DNA of 64,000 bases from Guillardia theta CCMP2712 (Eukaryota; Protista; Cryptophyta): assembly GCF_000315625.1 (NCBI RefSeq), contig NW_005434610.1:359698-423697 (forward strand), in the 5' to 3' direction. The notes under the pieces were generated by a model that saw only the letters and a list, made by a program, of their open reading frames with translations, was not told where the DNA came from and made no database searches. Positions 1 to 11,850 of this stretch are shown here, piece by piece (the first letter of the stretch is position 1; every line of letters starts with the position of its first letter). A program made the translations under genes and the position numbers.

Positions 1-789
1 AGGATGCTACACAACAACAAAAAAACAACTTGCTTTGTCCATGACGACATGTGTAATCTCTCATCGCCAACCACACGGAGCAGCTACGCGGCGACAGTGC
101 ATACCGAGAGGAGGGAGATGACGATGCACGGCGTGGGGGTACAACGGTACCTGCAGTCATTTCATGGGGTGGGTGGGTTACAGGGCTTCACTTTTTCCTT
201 TTGGGGTAGGGTGCTTTCATGACAGCCAAGTGAGGATACTTCGATTTCATAGCACTTGGAGTTATAAAATGAAGAAGCAAAAGATAGCCATTCCGAACAA
301 GTCCTGGGGGCTGATCCCTCCAAGGGGTAGATGAATTCATTTTGGAGCTCTGTCATGGGGTGGGTAGGGTTGTGTAGGAATGACCGGTAAAAGGGGTAGG
401 GTTCACCCCTCGGACCCCCAAGTGTTGTTAAACTGGCATCTTGTATTTTCAAATTCAGAGAGAAAAGTCGAAATTTGGTCAGATTTCGAAGTGTGATCGG
501 GAGCATTTGGTCCTGCTGTACCAGAAACCATATTTGGTAATTCCTCTGATTCGGAAATTGAATATTAAAAATATTTAAACATTGAAGATATTTTTACTTA
601 CTACAGAAATCGTACCAATGATAGCCATTTTTAGTACCACTTATCAATGGTTTTAAAAGGTTATAAACTAGTCCCTTCAAAGTTCTATTTCCGTACCAAA
701 ATTATAAGGACCACATCCCCTGACAGACAACAGGTGGTGGGACTGTGGGGGGATGCGGTATCGCCCACCCTGATACTGATTTTTAACTT

Positions 790-1416
790 AACTTTGAGTA
801 AAGTCTGGGTCGGATAAAAGCTGTGCATTCCTCTGCCCTGGCGTTTGTCCCTTGCTCTTTCTTGTTCTTGTCCGCGTCCTCGTGGAACAACCTTTCTTCA
901 TCTTGTCTCTCAGTTAACTTGCCTCAGCCAGTGAGCACCTGTCATAGGCCTTCTAGATCTCTTCGAGGAATTGGAAGCATGGAAGAATTTCATCAGGACT
1001 CTTCTACTCGGACAGCAAAATTTCAAGCACCGAACCACGTGCCATGGAACTGTAGTGATGAAATGAAGAATGATGCAGGCGAGGCGTTGCACAAGCAGTC
1101 AAGTTTGTATATGTTAAGCTTGATGTATGGCTTGTCCATTGCCAGGACCAGAAACATGTGCTTAAAGGTAATAGCAGGAACCGAGTTCGTACCAGACAAG
1201 GCATCAAGTAACGACCGTGAAAGAACACAAGCCAGCGGATCCGTTGGATAGCACAGACTGCTTTTGTGCGGTCGTTTAATTATGTTCTTTGAAGCTTGGC
1301 TTAGCTGACAATTCCGGAGCCCATCTGGAAATACAAAGGCATGCAGCACAAGCACAAGCAGTGCGCATCGGAGGTCGTTGATTCGATTCTTGCTTTGCTT
1401 CTTGAATGCCTGGCAT
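790..1416 (-). CDS. Possible small spliced hypothetical protein
   Basis: Open stretches (LLVLVLHAFVFPDGLRN..., RQDEERLFHEDADKNKKE...) separated by candidate GT-AG introns. No coherent model or homology could be established. Confidence 0.25.
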
Positions 1417-1432
1417 TGTGGTAATTCAGAAG

Positions 1433-3345
1433 TTATATGAATGTGGCATCAACCTGACCTTCAGATGAAACAACCCATCTGCCTTCACCTTGATCGTACT
1501 TGGCCAGAGAGTAATATCCTCCGAGCTGAAACATTTGTGCTCCGGTTTCCTTTCTTGCCGGTCAGTTGAGCTTTTGCAATGAAGCAGAACATCCGACAAA
1601 TGCAATGACATACGGGTTCTCGGCTCAATTCATAATCTGTGTCAAAGAGAGGACCAGGAACTGAATGAAATTCAGTTCCACACCCGGTTGGTGATGTTAG
1701 ATCCAACCTGCACGGAAATCCAGGGTTATCCTTGTGTGCTCGGTGTCGTTCGGTATGGTGTAATGCTGAGTTGTGTATCAGTCAAGGAACAATGTTTTAA
1801 GCAATAAACTTTCAATGGTGGGGCCTCACCATGCATCGATTCCCATAAAATCTTGCAACTTGTCCTTCCAACACCTGACAATCCATGTCATCAATGAAAA
1901 TCTTGAAAGTTTTGAAAAAAAACCGCTAAAGGCAAAAAATCATTTTTGTTGGGGGAGCTCTCGATCCACAAAGAATTGGATCCTGTACACCATCTATTTT
2001 TAAGAGATTTCAGCTTTCACTGTATCTAGCAAGTCACCATATGTCCTAGTCAATGGGAGCCAAAAATTTATCTGAACAACGCAAGGTCATCATGATTGCA
2101 TAAATGACATATCAAAAGAGACACCTGACCAGGCTGATGATAATACATGGCATCGCAGTGAGGATGCGTGGCTCTGACTAGATTCCAGGGAGTTTCAAAC
2201 GTGAAGGGATTTGGAATGGTTGATTTCACTTGAAGAGGGCGGTGCGATCCTCAAACATGGGACGCTCTGAAAATACACAGAAGAGCAGCTAGCTGGACCG
2301 CCCATATACCTTGCAACCTCCGGGGCCACAACCTGGAACTTGATACATGAAAAGTGAGACTTCGATCGGAACGTTCACCTCCTGAATGAATTTCACGTAG
2401 ACAGGTTTCAGACGTCTCATCAAAAGACGATTGAAATTTCCCTGGGTCATTAGATAAGGACTTTGTCTGGAGGGCATGTCAAACCTTTGGAAGCTTCAAA
2501 TTTCCGGAGCGGCTATTGTAGGATCTCAATTTCAGTAGTGATAAAGTTGTAGGCGACATACCAATTTTTGGAAGGCCCCGAAGATTCCAACTCACTGGCT
2601 GCTATATGAATATGACCAAGAGGCAAAATTCTCAGTCTCTCCTGCACAACCAGGATGGTTTGAGGAAGACAATTGAATAACGTCAAATGATCACTTGAAA
2701 GGCATTGAGCTTGGCATTATGCTTCTCTCGTTTCCTCATCCGAGAATCTAAATATGCTTGCTTGTGTTGCATTGTCTCTCCTACGTCAATCAATGTTTTC
2801 TCACAAATCTCAATTAGTACCGGCCATGCTTGCTTCATTTTCATTTGCCTGCTATGAAAAACCACAGTGGTCATGGACTGTGACGATATGAATGAATGAG
2901 CAATTCGCCCCAAAACTCACTTTTTCCGACTTATCCTCGTTGCAATGCAACAAAACTTGCAAAAACACGTCTCGAAATGGAAATTTTTCGACATCGTAGT
3001 CAATGATTGCTTTCTCTGCCAGTTTTTTCCACCCATCAGTCGTCATGAGCTCCGGTAGCCTTGTATGGCATGGTGGCTACCCACAAGAACTCAGAATCAT
3101 GTCATTTAGAGAGGCTACATGTTTTCATACTCCGTCAATATCCTCGGGTAGGTTGTATGCATGTCTCCAACTGAAAGCACGGAAAGGGGCATGTTACATC
3201 GAATTGAATGGTGAATCAGTGATGAGGGAGTAGGAGGGGAAGAAAGAAGACAGCGGAGGAGGTGATGGGTTGGACCATTGTGAGGAAGGATAGTTAGGAC
3301 ATGATCTTGGTTGTGTACCTGCTTCTTTCCCCCCACGCTGGGCAT
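1433..3345 (-). CDS. StrG-like 2OG-Fe(II)-dependent oxygenase (multi-exon)
   Basis: Manual reverse-strand exons read IIDYDVEKFPFR, VYFQSVPCLRIAPP (~2240-2285), HPHCDAMYYHQPGQ (~2130-2170), INFWLPLT (~2050-2075), HYTIPNDTEHTRITLDFR (~1710-1765) and FQLGGYY (~1510-1535). Stop TAA at 1433-1435. HxD...H metal triad present. Start at 3345 or 3046 uncertain. Confidence 0.75.
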
Positions 3346-3413
3346 GTCGTGCTTGCTGCACGCGCCGCCTCTACGACGTCCATTACAGGTCCATCAGGCG
3401 CATCAGGGCAGTA

Positions 3414-6400
3414 ATGGAGCCGGGCGGCTGGCCGGGTAGCAGCCGGGCCGCCGGTCCTGTACGGTCACCCATCTGTTGCGGACTACTAGCAACGGACGTG
3501 GAAGGCGCGCCGATGCACAATTTGGACGGGGCGCGCAGGCGGAGAGAGAGGGGAGGAGGAGAGGAAGAAGAGAAGAAGGAAGCAGGAACGATAGAGGAGG
3601 AGGAGATGGAGAGGAAAGAAATTGTGCATGGAAGGGAAGAAAGGGAGAGATTGATGCATGCGAGGTGGCGGTTGAGGGTAGGAGGGGAACTGCAATGGTT
3701 CAGTGCAAGGTTGAGGTTGGAGTTGTGGTTGAACAGATCTCGTCCTCATCCACTTCGGAGATGTTAAGAGAATGTGTGTGCAGGAATCTTGTTCGACATC
3801 CCCGAGATCATGGCTACTCCCCTGGGTCGTCCTCCGTCCCGTGGCAAGGAGATGAGTTCCGCTCGGCCTCCGTCGCGCTCCAACGATGCGTAAGCCGCGA
3901 ATGCCAGCACAGCCTCCTGCGTGACTGCATCCTCTAGACCTACCCGTCCAACTTCCTCTCCAAGAGTTCTGTTGCAGCCTTTGAACCCGTACGTGAATCC
4001 TGACCCACTATGATCCTTCTTGACCTCGCACGCAGTCCGAGCTCGCAAGCCTTCGGTTCGAGCGGCCCAGAAGAGAAGGAGTACTTGTCGATGCTGAAGC
4101 AGGAGATCCGAACTGCAGCAAAGAAGGTGGAGCATAGGAATCGCTGTCACCTTCACCACTAACGGCATGAGAAGGCGGCGGAGTATCAGAAGGCAGTGGA
4201 GACTGACAAGTTAATGAGCGACTCTTCGTTGCTGCTGCGGAGGCCATTGACGCCGGGAAGTTTGAACAGGTTTCTTGTGCTTCCATGATCCTCTCGTCCG
4301 CTGACACCGCACAGGCCGGGCTCTCCTGCAAACCTTCCCAGTTCCACGGTACGTCTACCATCACCTACTGCTGAAGATTACCTGTCATTGCTCTTTCCTC
4401 ACACTCTCCCCCTTCAGCCCTCCTCTTGTCTGCGTAATTTTCTGATCTCCCTATCACTCTTCTTTTCACTCTCTGGCTTGATCTACTCCACCTTGTTTTT
4501 GCATGTTGGCGTTGACTTGGGTTGAGGCAGAATTTCGCCGATATTGAGATGACGATTGAGAGGACCATCAAAGGGAAGAATTTTGAGGTGAATCAAGACG
4601 ATCTCCTTATCAATGTCTTCTTCACCATAGCCATCAACACCGTCTTTCTTGTCATCATTACATTCATCCTCATCACGAACAACTTGTGACCTGCATGTCA
4701 GGCCTCCAAGACGGCGCTTCTAGAACTGCTCATGTCAGGTCAGCCCCAAAACTCCTGCACGCCAACGTCTGACTGGCTGGCCTTCTGCAGTCTTGGAAGA
4801 AGCTCAGCGGTTCACCCTCATGCTCACGGACAAGAGGGCTCCTGGCAGTCTGTCGACTCCTGCTCCTTCCTCTCACCCAGGGAGAATGGGAAGTCGTCTT
4901 CCTGGTGAGCTTGCTGGCTGCTCTGTCGTGCTCTGCATGGTGACTCCAAGTTGCAGTCTGTGAAGCGATGATGGAGAGGGCGCTGCAGCTTCACGGTGCC
5001 CTAAAGCCGCCCGACGCCGAGAGTGTCGGGATCGCGCAGAAGAGGGAGGAGAGGAAGGAAGGGGAGGAGAGGAAGGAAGAGAAGGGAGTCTCGGTGAACC
5101 ATCTAGTTGCCCTTATTGAGCCCATTGGGAGCTTGTGGGAGAGGATCAACAGTAGGGAGATGTCGACAGAATTCTTGGAGCAAAAGAAATTCGCGATCCA
5201 ACGGGCTGCACAGCAGCTCAAGGGAGGGATGCGGAGCTCGGAAGAAGCAGCGCTGCAGAAGGTTCTCGATAAGTTGCTTGCCTGCTGTAAGATGGGGGAT
5301 GAAGGATCGAAGGATGTTCAGAAGCAGGAGGAGGAGGTCAAGAGGCTCAAGGGGGATCTAGAGAAGAGCTTGAGGGCGAGCGAAGAGCTGAAGAGCAAGT
5401 CGGAGAAGTCTATGGAGTCGCTGAGGAAGCAGCTGGAAGAGGAGGAGAGGAAGAGCGCGGACTTGAGAAAGAAGGTTGAAAGTCTCAGCTCAAGGAAGAC
5501 GGAGGAAGTTGTACAACCTGCAACCACATCCTCCTCCTCCTCCTCCTCCTCCTCCTCCTCCTCAAATCGTCAGGCGTCGTTCGAGGCGGAGAATTCGGAG
5601 CTGAAGAAGGAGATCGAGGCTCTCAAGGGTCAGCTGTCGAAGGCTCAAGCCGAGAGCAGGAGGAAGGAAGCTGCAGCTGCTTCGTCGGGTGGAGGAGAGG
5701 CACAGAGCTTGCGGCAGGAGCTGTTAACCCTGAAAGGGGAGATGGGGATGGTTCGAACGCAGATGGAGAAGACACGGCAGGAGCAGGTCGCGTCGGATGT
5801 GAGGCTGCGAGCTGAGAGGGAGAAGGTAGACGATCTCAACAAGGTGAGGAAGAGGAGGAAGCGGGCTGGAGGTGGGAGGTCTTGAGAGGAGAATAAGGTT
5901 GTAGAAGAGGCCAGCAGGAAGCAGGAGGGAGGGGCAGGTATTGAGTCTTCTCCTGCTGCCAGGTGATCGAAGCCAAGGATGAGACCATCGCTCGACTCCG
6001 CAGCGACCTGCGAGGAGTTCAGGGATCGAGCATCTCCCAGGCAACTCCCGCTCATCCCTGCTCCTCCCGTGTCATCTTCCTCGCCCCCACCCCCATCCCT
6101 GCTTCAACTTATTCCTTCACTGCTTCCTCGACTGTTGTCCACCACTCCCATCCCGAAATCCTCTACCTCCTTCCCTCCCTCCCTCCCTCCCTCCCTCCTC
6201 CTGTACTCATTCGTCATGCAGCCTGAGGCCGACACTTTTGAAGCTGTCTTAGCTGAAGAAATGCAACTTATGAGAGAATCCTTCGAACAGAAGATCTCCT
6301 CCCTCAAGGTTCCTCCTCCTCCCTCTCCCCTATCTCCCTCCCTCCCTCCCCCCGCTTTTCCCTTGCTTGCTTGCTTGCTTGGTTCCTCCATACATGTTTC

Positions 6401-6637
6401 TTCATCCTCCTTCCCTCTACTCCTCCCGCCGACGCTGGTGGAACAGGCACAGATGGAGCGGGAGAGCGTGGCATTTGCAAAGGAGAGGAAGGAGATGAAA
6501 GAGCACTTTGAGAAGGAGAACAAGAATCTGAGGAGGAGACTCGACGTCTTACAGGTCTTCCTCTCCCGCTGTCTTGTCTTGTTCTGACGAAGCAACAGAT
6601 GCAAGCAAAGCCAGGGACCGACGACGTAGCGAGTTGA
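3414..6637 (+). CDS. Coiled-coil hypothetical protein (multi-exon)
   Basis: Exons splice in frame (ASKTALLELLMS|VLEEAQRF...RLP|VCEAMMERAL) into the E/K-rich ORF 4968-5885, then DTFEAVLAEEMQLMRESFEQKI and final MQAKPGTDDVAS* (TGA 6635-6637). Start uncertain (3414 or ~3808). Confidence 0.65.
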
Positions 6638-6673
6638 TCGTCAATGACATGAACGTTTCTTTTCTCTCCTCTC

Positions 6674-8548
6674 TTAGCCAATCCCGTACCCTCCATGCCT
6701 CCTGCTCTTCCCTGGTTTAACCTGTGGCATCCCGCGAGCCAGGGACTTGGCCTTGGCCTTGGCGCCGACCTGGGATGCAATTCAGAACAACTTCCTGATT
6801 GTCTCCTTCTTCCTCCTCCCTCTTCCTTCCTCCTCCTCCCTCCTCCTCCCTCCTGCTTCTTCGCCACTCCTCCTGGCTTCAAGTTCTCTCGCTCTTCTTT
6901 CTCATGGCCAATTTTCTCTTATCCCAGCTCCTCCTCCTCCTTCTCTACCTCTGCAGTCTCGAAGGCCCCGGCAAGTTTTTTCGCCAGCTCTTTGGCTTCA
7001 TTGCGTTGCACAATCCACGACACGACGTACATAGGGAGTCTGAGAAAAACAGGGGGGTAAGAGACGAAGAAGAGGAAGAGAAGGAGACAGTGGCAGACGA
7101 TATGAAACGGTAAGCAGGTATGATGGAGCTGGAGCTGGAGCTGGAGCTGGAGCTGGAGCAGGAGCTGGAGCTGGAGCTGGAGCAGGTTACCTGTAGATTG
7201 GATCATTGGCATAGGCGCTCTTGAGATTCTCTCGCAGGAATTTCTCTCTCTCCTCAACCAGGTCCGCCTTGTCCTCGGGAATTCCATACGTCCCCGTCTC
7301 CTTCTCCACTGTCATCCCTTCCAGCCCTCCCATCCCCCCCACCTCCTCTACCTCGTCCTCCTCCAACGCCTCCATCTTGGCTCCTGTCGTTCTCATCTCA
7401 GAATGTGTCACCAAGCGAAGTGCTCTCCTCACCTGGAAGAGAATTCGCGCAGAAAGTTGCGATGTCGAGGAAGTGGTCCGGAACACGAAGAGGAGACAAG
7501 TCCAGCACAACCTGAGCAGAATCAGAATTCATCTTGCATCCCTCTGCTCTCCTCTTCTCTGCTCTCCTGTCCTGTCCTGTCCTGTCCTGTCCTGTCCTTT
7601 CCTGTCTTCTCCTCTTCTCTCCTCCAGTCTCTGTCTCGACCTCTCACAATCAACCTCCCCCTCTCTCTGCTCCTCCTCTCCCTCTCCCCTCACCTCATCG
7701 TATCCAGTCTTGTCCTTGTACAGAGAGATAACTGGGATCGCCCTAGCGTCGCACCTGCCCAGAGTCACCCACTGACACCTTTGCCTCCTGCTCTGCTACC
7801 AGTTCCTGTACGTGTTGGCCAGCGGAGCTCCCCTCCTCTGCTTCCTCCACCCAGAACCAGCGACCTTGAACAACTTTCAACTCCACATGTCTCGACGTTC
7901 TCTTCTTCTCGTTCTCCCCGTCCTTCTCGAGCTCCCCCTTCCCTCGATCCTCTTCAATCGAACTCCTCTTCCTCCCTTCCACCCTCAGTGTTCATCTTTC
8001 TCCCTCCCGCCCTTATCCCATCACCTCGATGAAGCCCTTCCTCCGCGCCATGTCATACAGTATCCTTTCGTCCTGAGCACTGTCATACTCCCGCCTCCCC
8101 TTCCTCTCTCCGAACCTCATTGAGACGGTGGGGAACTCCCCGGGACCCAGTCGTCTTCTTCTTTGCAGGCTTCCCCCACGAGATCCGATCGACGTCGTCG
8201 ATGTCAGGGCGCCAGCAGTCCATCTCAGCCTGCCGCAGAGACCGTCTTACAGGGCACAACACCTGAGATCCTTCCCACAACCTTGAACTTCTCTTTCACG
8301 TCGCTGATGTCGAACTGGCTCGTCTCTACATGATCCTCGTCATCGCTCATCCTCAGCCATGTTGCGACGCGGAAGGTCCTCGAGCTCATGGGAATTGAGC
8401 GGGCGGTCCGAGGGACCAAGGAGCCCCTGAGTGCTGCAAGGCATGGAGGAGCGCAGGTAGACAGCCACGCGTCGCACAGTTTCATTCCTGTGGCGATGAA
8501 GAGCATGGCGATCAGACTCCTTGCACTCGTTGCTGTCATGTGAGACAT
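6674..8548 (-). CDS. Conserved hypothetical protein, probably plastid-targeted (multi-exon)
   Basis: Signal peptide (SLIAMLFIATGMKLCDA|W) followed by an S/R-rich transit-like segment. Core exons WRPDIDDVDRISWGKPAKKKTTGSRGVPHRLN and CDARAIPVI. C-terminus KPGKSRRHGGYGIG* (TAA 6674-6676). Confidence 0.7.
7125..7185. repeat. (GGAGCT)n hexamer microsatellite, intronic
   Basis: About 10 direct units visible. Confidence 0.9.
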
Positions 8549-9031
8549 CTCAGCTGCTTTTCATTGCCTGTCGTTTGCAATCGTGAGTCGATAGCATGTC
8601 AGCAAGCAAATCTGGCAGGGATCGCATTCACTCCTAGAGCTCTCATTCCTTCTTTCTTCGTTAAATACACACTGCCACGAGTCTCGTCTCCTCCCTCGCT
8701 CTTACTTCTCCCTCCTCCCCTCCCCCCTCCTCGCTCCCTCCCCCTCCCCTCCCTCATTGCGCGAACTCCCTTATATCATATATTGGCGCTTTGGATAGTT
8801 CTCGAGGGTGGGGTACTTTACAGTGAGAAGACAGGGTGGTCATTGCCGTCGGGTTTGAGTAACAAGATTTTGAGGACTGAGGGCAGAATGGAGGGAAGGA
8901 GGGGGGCGGGGAGGGAGGGGGCGGACGAGTAGCAGGAGGAGGAGGAGCAGGAGGAGCAGGGGCGGTAGGAGGAGCAGGAAGAGGAGCAGGAGGATATGCC
9001 CTTAGACTTGCTCGCAGGAGAGCAAGGGAGG

Positions 9032-11613
9032 ATGCACTGGAGCAGCTACCTTGTCATGGCTTACCTTCTGGTCGGCCAGCGCGCCTTCCTTTCCGTCTTC
9101 AGCGAGGACACCCAGCGGCCAGCAGCAAGACAAGGTGATCTTGGAGTGTTCAGAATCCTCGCGCAAGAGCAGGGGATTCTCAAGATGCAGGTGCTGTGTG
9201 CGCACGGGAACTAGCAGGGTTTGTTGAAGAGCTTGTCCTTCAGGCCGACGTGACTTCGCTCGTTCCTGGGGCTCTGGTGCTGTACCGAACGAACCAGTCG
9301 GAGAATGGGCTGAAGTTGGCCATGGTGTCTTGTTCCTCAAGAAATTGCGCAAAGTCACTCACTCCTGACGCAGGTGATGCGCATCATCGACCTGGAGAGA
9401 GATTTGCACAACCAAAGTGAAGGTTCGAGGAGGAGGAGGAGGAGGAGGAGCAGGAGGAGGAGCAGGAGGAGCAGGAGGAGGAGGGTTCTGCTGATGTTGT
9501 ACACCGGCAGGGATATCCGTTCACTCCATGGAGAAGAGCGACGTAAACTATTCTGATTGGCTGCGAGCGAGTTGCCTCTGAGGGGTCTTGGCAGGTCCAC
9601 TCCAATCGGTATGGAGCCCTCCTGCGACGCTACACCGACGAGTGCAACTGCGCACAGAACTATCCGAACCTGCCGCGAGACTTCGTGAAGCCTCTTGCTG
9701 AGATTCACGGGGTCTTGTACTTCAAGCTGCCTTGGCTGGGACTCCCTATCCTCCTCCTCCATCGCCTCAAAGTTTTCTTCGCTGGAGCCGGCATCGCCGG
9801 CGGAATCATGACGCAAGTGTTCAGCGCGATCAACGGGCGCCATGTCACCCTCTACGATCTTGACATCGAGACTCGGGGGACGTCCAAGAGGTCGACCTTC
9901 ATCTTCTTCGTCATCCTGCTGTGTACCGTGGTAAGCCCTACAATCTCCCTCCTTGTTCTCGCTGGTCCCTGCTGCCGGTTGCTCAAGTTCTCCTTGCTCA
10001 ACAACTCTGGCAGATCGCATACTTCGTGTATCATGCCACGGTCATGTGGATTGGGGTGACTGCCACGACGGTTCTGGGAGTGTTCTTCTTCCTCTATGCT
10101 GGGTAACGAGAGACGAAGGGAGGGAAGGGAGAACTGACGACTTCCTCTTGCAGTCTACATGACGTCACGCTCGACTCCATCGCGTCCATCCGCGAGGCTG
10201 TCGAGGACTCGATCTCGTACATAAGTAGGAGAGACAAAAGTCGGACCTTGACCTGGTCGCAGAGCGAGTGTGGGAGGACCGGCATACTACGGATGGCCAG
10301 TCCCCGGTGAGTGCTGATGAGTCAAGGGATCGCTGTTTCACCCTTAGCTAGGCCATATCGACCGGTTCTACAACGACGACATCTCGTTCGTGCATGCGCA
10401 GGTTGGACTGGAAGGAGGGGAGGGGGAGGGGAAGGAGGGAGAGTGACACTCGGAGCAGGGAGAGGGTTTGAACCCCTTGCAACTGCTACGAGGACGAGTC
10501 TTCCGCTACTTTGCAAGTGAGTAGACAAGGAGGGGAGGAGGAGAAAGACGAGGAGGTGTGGTGGAGAACGAGGAGGAAGATGAGGAGGGAAGGATTAGCT
10601 CTCTGATGGCACGTGCAGGGATTGCTGGGTGTTGCCATACCTCGAGCTGGATCTCATCGCAGAACATCGGGGTCATGCGCTTTCCGCACCCTGACGCGAA
10701 GAGGATGTGAGCTCCCCCTTGCTCGCCTCCGCCTCTCCTGAACCGCCGACAGCAAGTTGGATGAGGAACAGCGGGGGCTGCTATCAGCTTGCAGCAGGTC
10801 GATCGGGGTTGACGAAGAGACCCTCGGGGAAATTTTCAGGTAGAGAACAAGGCGACGCCCGACGAGTCTGTGCCGTGCTTGTTCGTTGACTTGTGTCCAG
10901 GTGTAAGTTGACCGGTGTGATCATGAAGGATCCGGTGGTTGCTGCAGACGGCTTCAGCTACGAGAGGTTTCAACTCTACCCTCCTCCTCCGGTTCCCCTT
11001 GACCCAGCGGCAGGGAGCCAGTGCAAACTTTCTTGCAGCGCTACTCCTTCTCTCCCGTCTCCAATGACTCGCTGGGCTTCCGTCACGTAGTCAACAACAA
11101 CCAACTTCGCACTATCCTGGAGCATGTGACTGCCCGAGCCCGAGCCTCCTGGTCTCCTGAACCAGCCGCAGGTGCATGCCAACGGCAGTCTGGACGCGAA
11201 CTTCGTTGAGGATGAGCTCAAGTGTCCGATCACCATGAGCCGCATGAGAGACGCAGTGGTCACCTGTGACGGTCACAGCTACGAGAGAAGTGCTATCCTC
11301 CGATGGTTGAGGAGGTTACAACCACCAGTGCTGTTCTCCTTCACCTCCTCCATGTGACCTCTGCACTCCTCAGGCATGCTACTTCTCCCAAGTCCAACCT
11401 CCTCTTGACCAACAAGGCAGTGCCATTCCTACCCTCGGCACTGTCAGGCTGACTGGGATGTTTCCAGGCTCTCATCACCAACCGCAACATCTCGTTACTA
11501 GGGGTAAGGTATCACAGATTCTTTTTATCCTCACTTGTTCATTCAAGAACTCTCTACCTGGCGGAGTGTGCGAAGAAGATCGGCCGTGTAGCCCTGAGTG
11601 CCCGGCGACATAA
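9032..11613 (+). CDS. Multi-pass membrane protein with two C-terminal U-box domains (putative E3 ubiquitin ligase)
   Basis: U-box 1: CKLTGVIMKDPVVAADGFSYER...SPVSNDSL...VVNNNQLRTIL. U-box 2: ELKCPITMSRMRDAVVTCDGHSYERSAILRWL...TSPKSNLLLTNK|ALITNR. Several hydrophobic segments at 9700-10100. Start uncertain. Confidence 0.75.
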
Positions 11614-11850
11614 CCTTGTAATTTATCACTTCATTCTCTTGTCTTTTTGTTTTTCACGATTATGTAAATGTCTCTGTTTAGCATGTTTGTCCTTTCAGTG
11701 AGCAACGCACACAGTTGAATACTTCATCACTTCACGTTTCGCAATGCCCCGCATCTTGCCTTTCATCCTGGCGGTTAACCTTTATCTCTGCCTCTCAAGG
11801 CGTTGACCTTTCTCCTTCTTTTCAACGTCATACTGTCAACCATAGCAGCG

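Noticed and set aside
160-780. Transposon or telomere-associated element
   Set aside because: No terminal inverted repeats, target-site duplication, transposase fragment or telomeric tandem repeat could be identified. Treated as the promoter-associated sequence class instead.
4350-4700. Minus-strand acidic reading (DEDECNDDKKDG...) as a separate gene
   Set aside because: Lies within a GT-AG intron of the plus-strand coiled-coil gene and has no clear start or homology.
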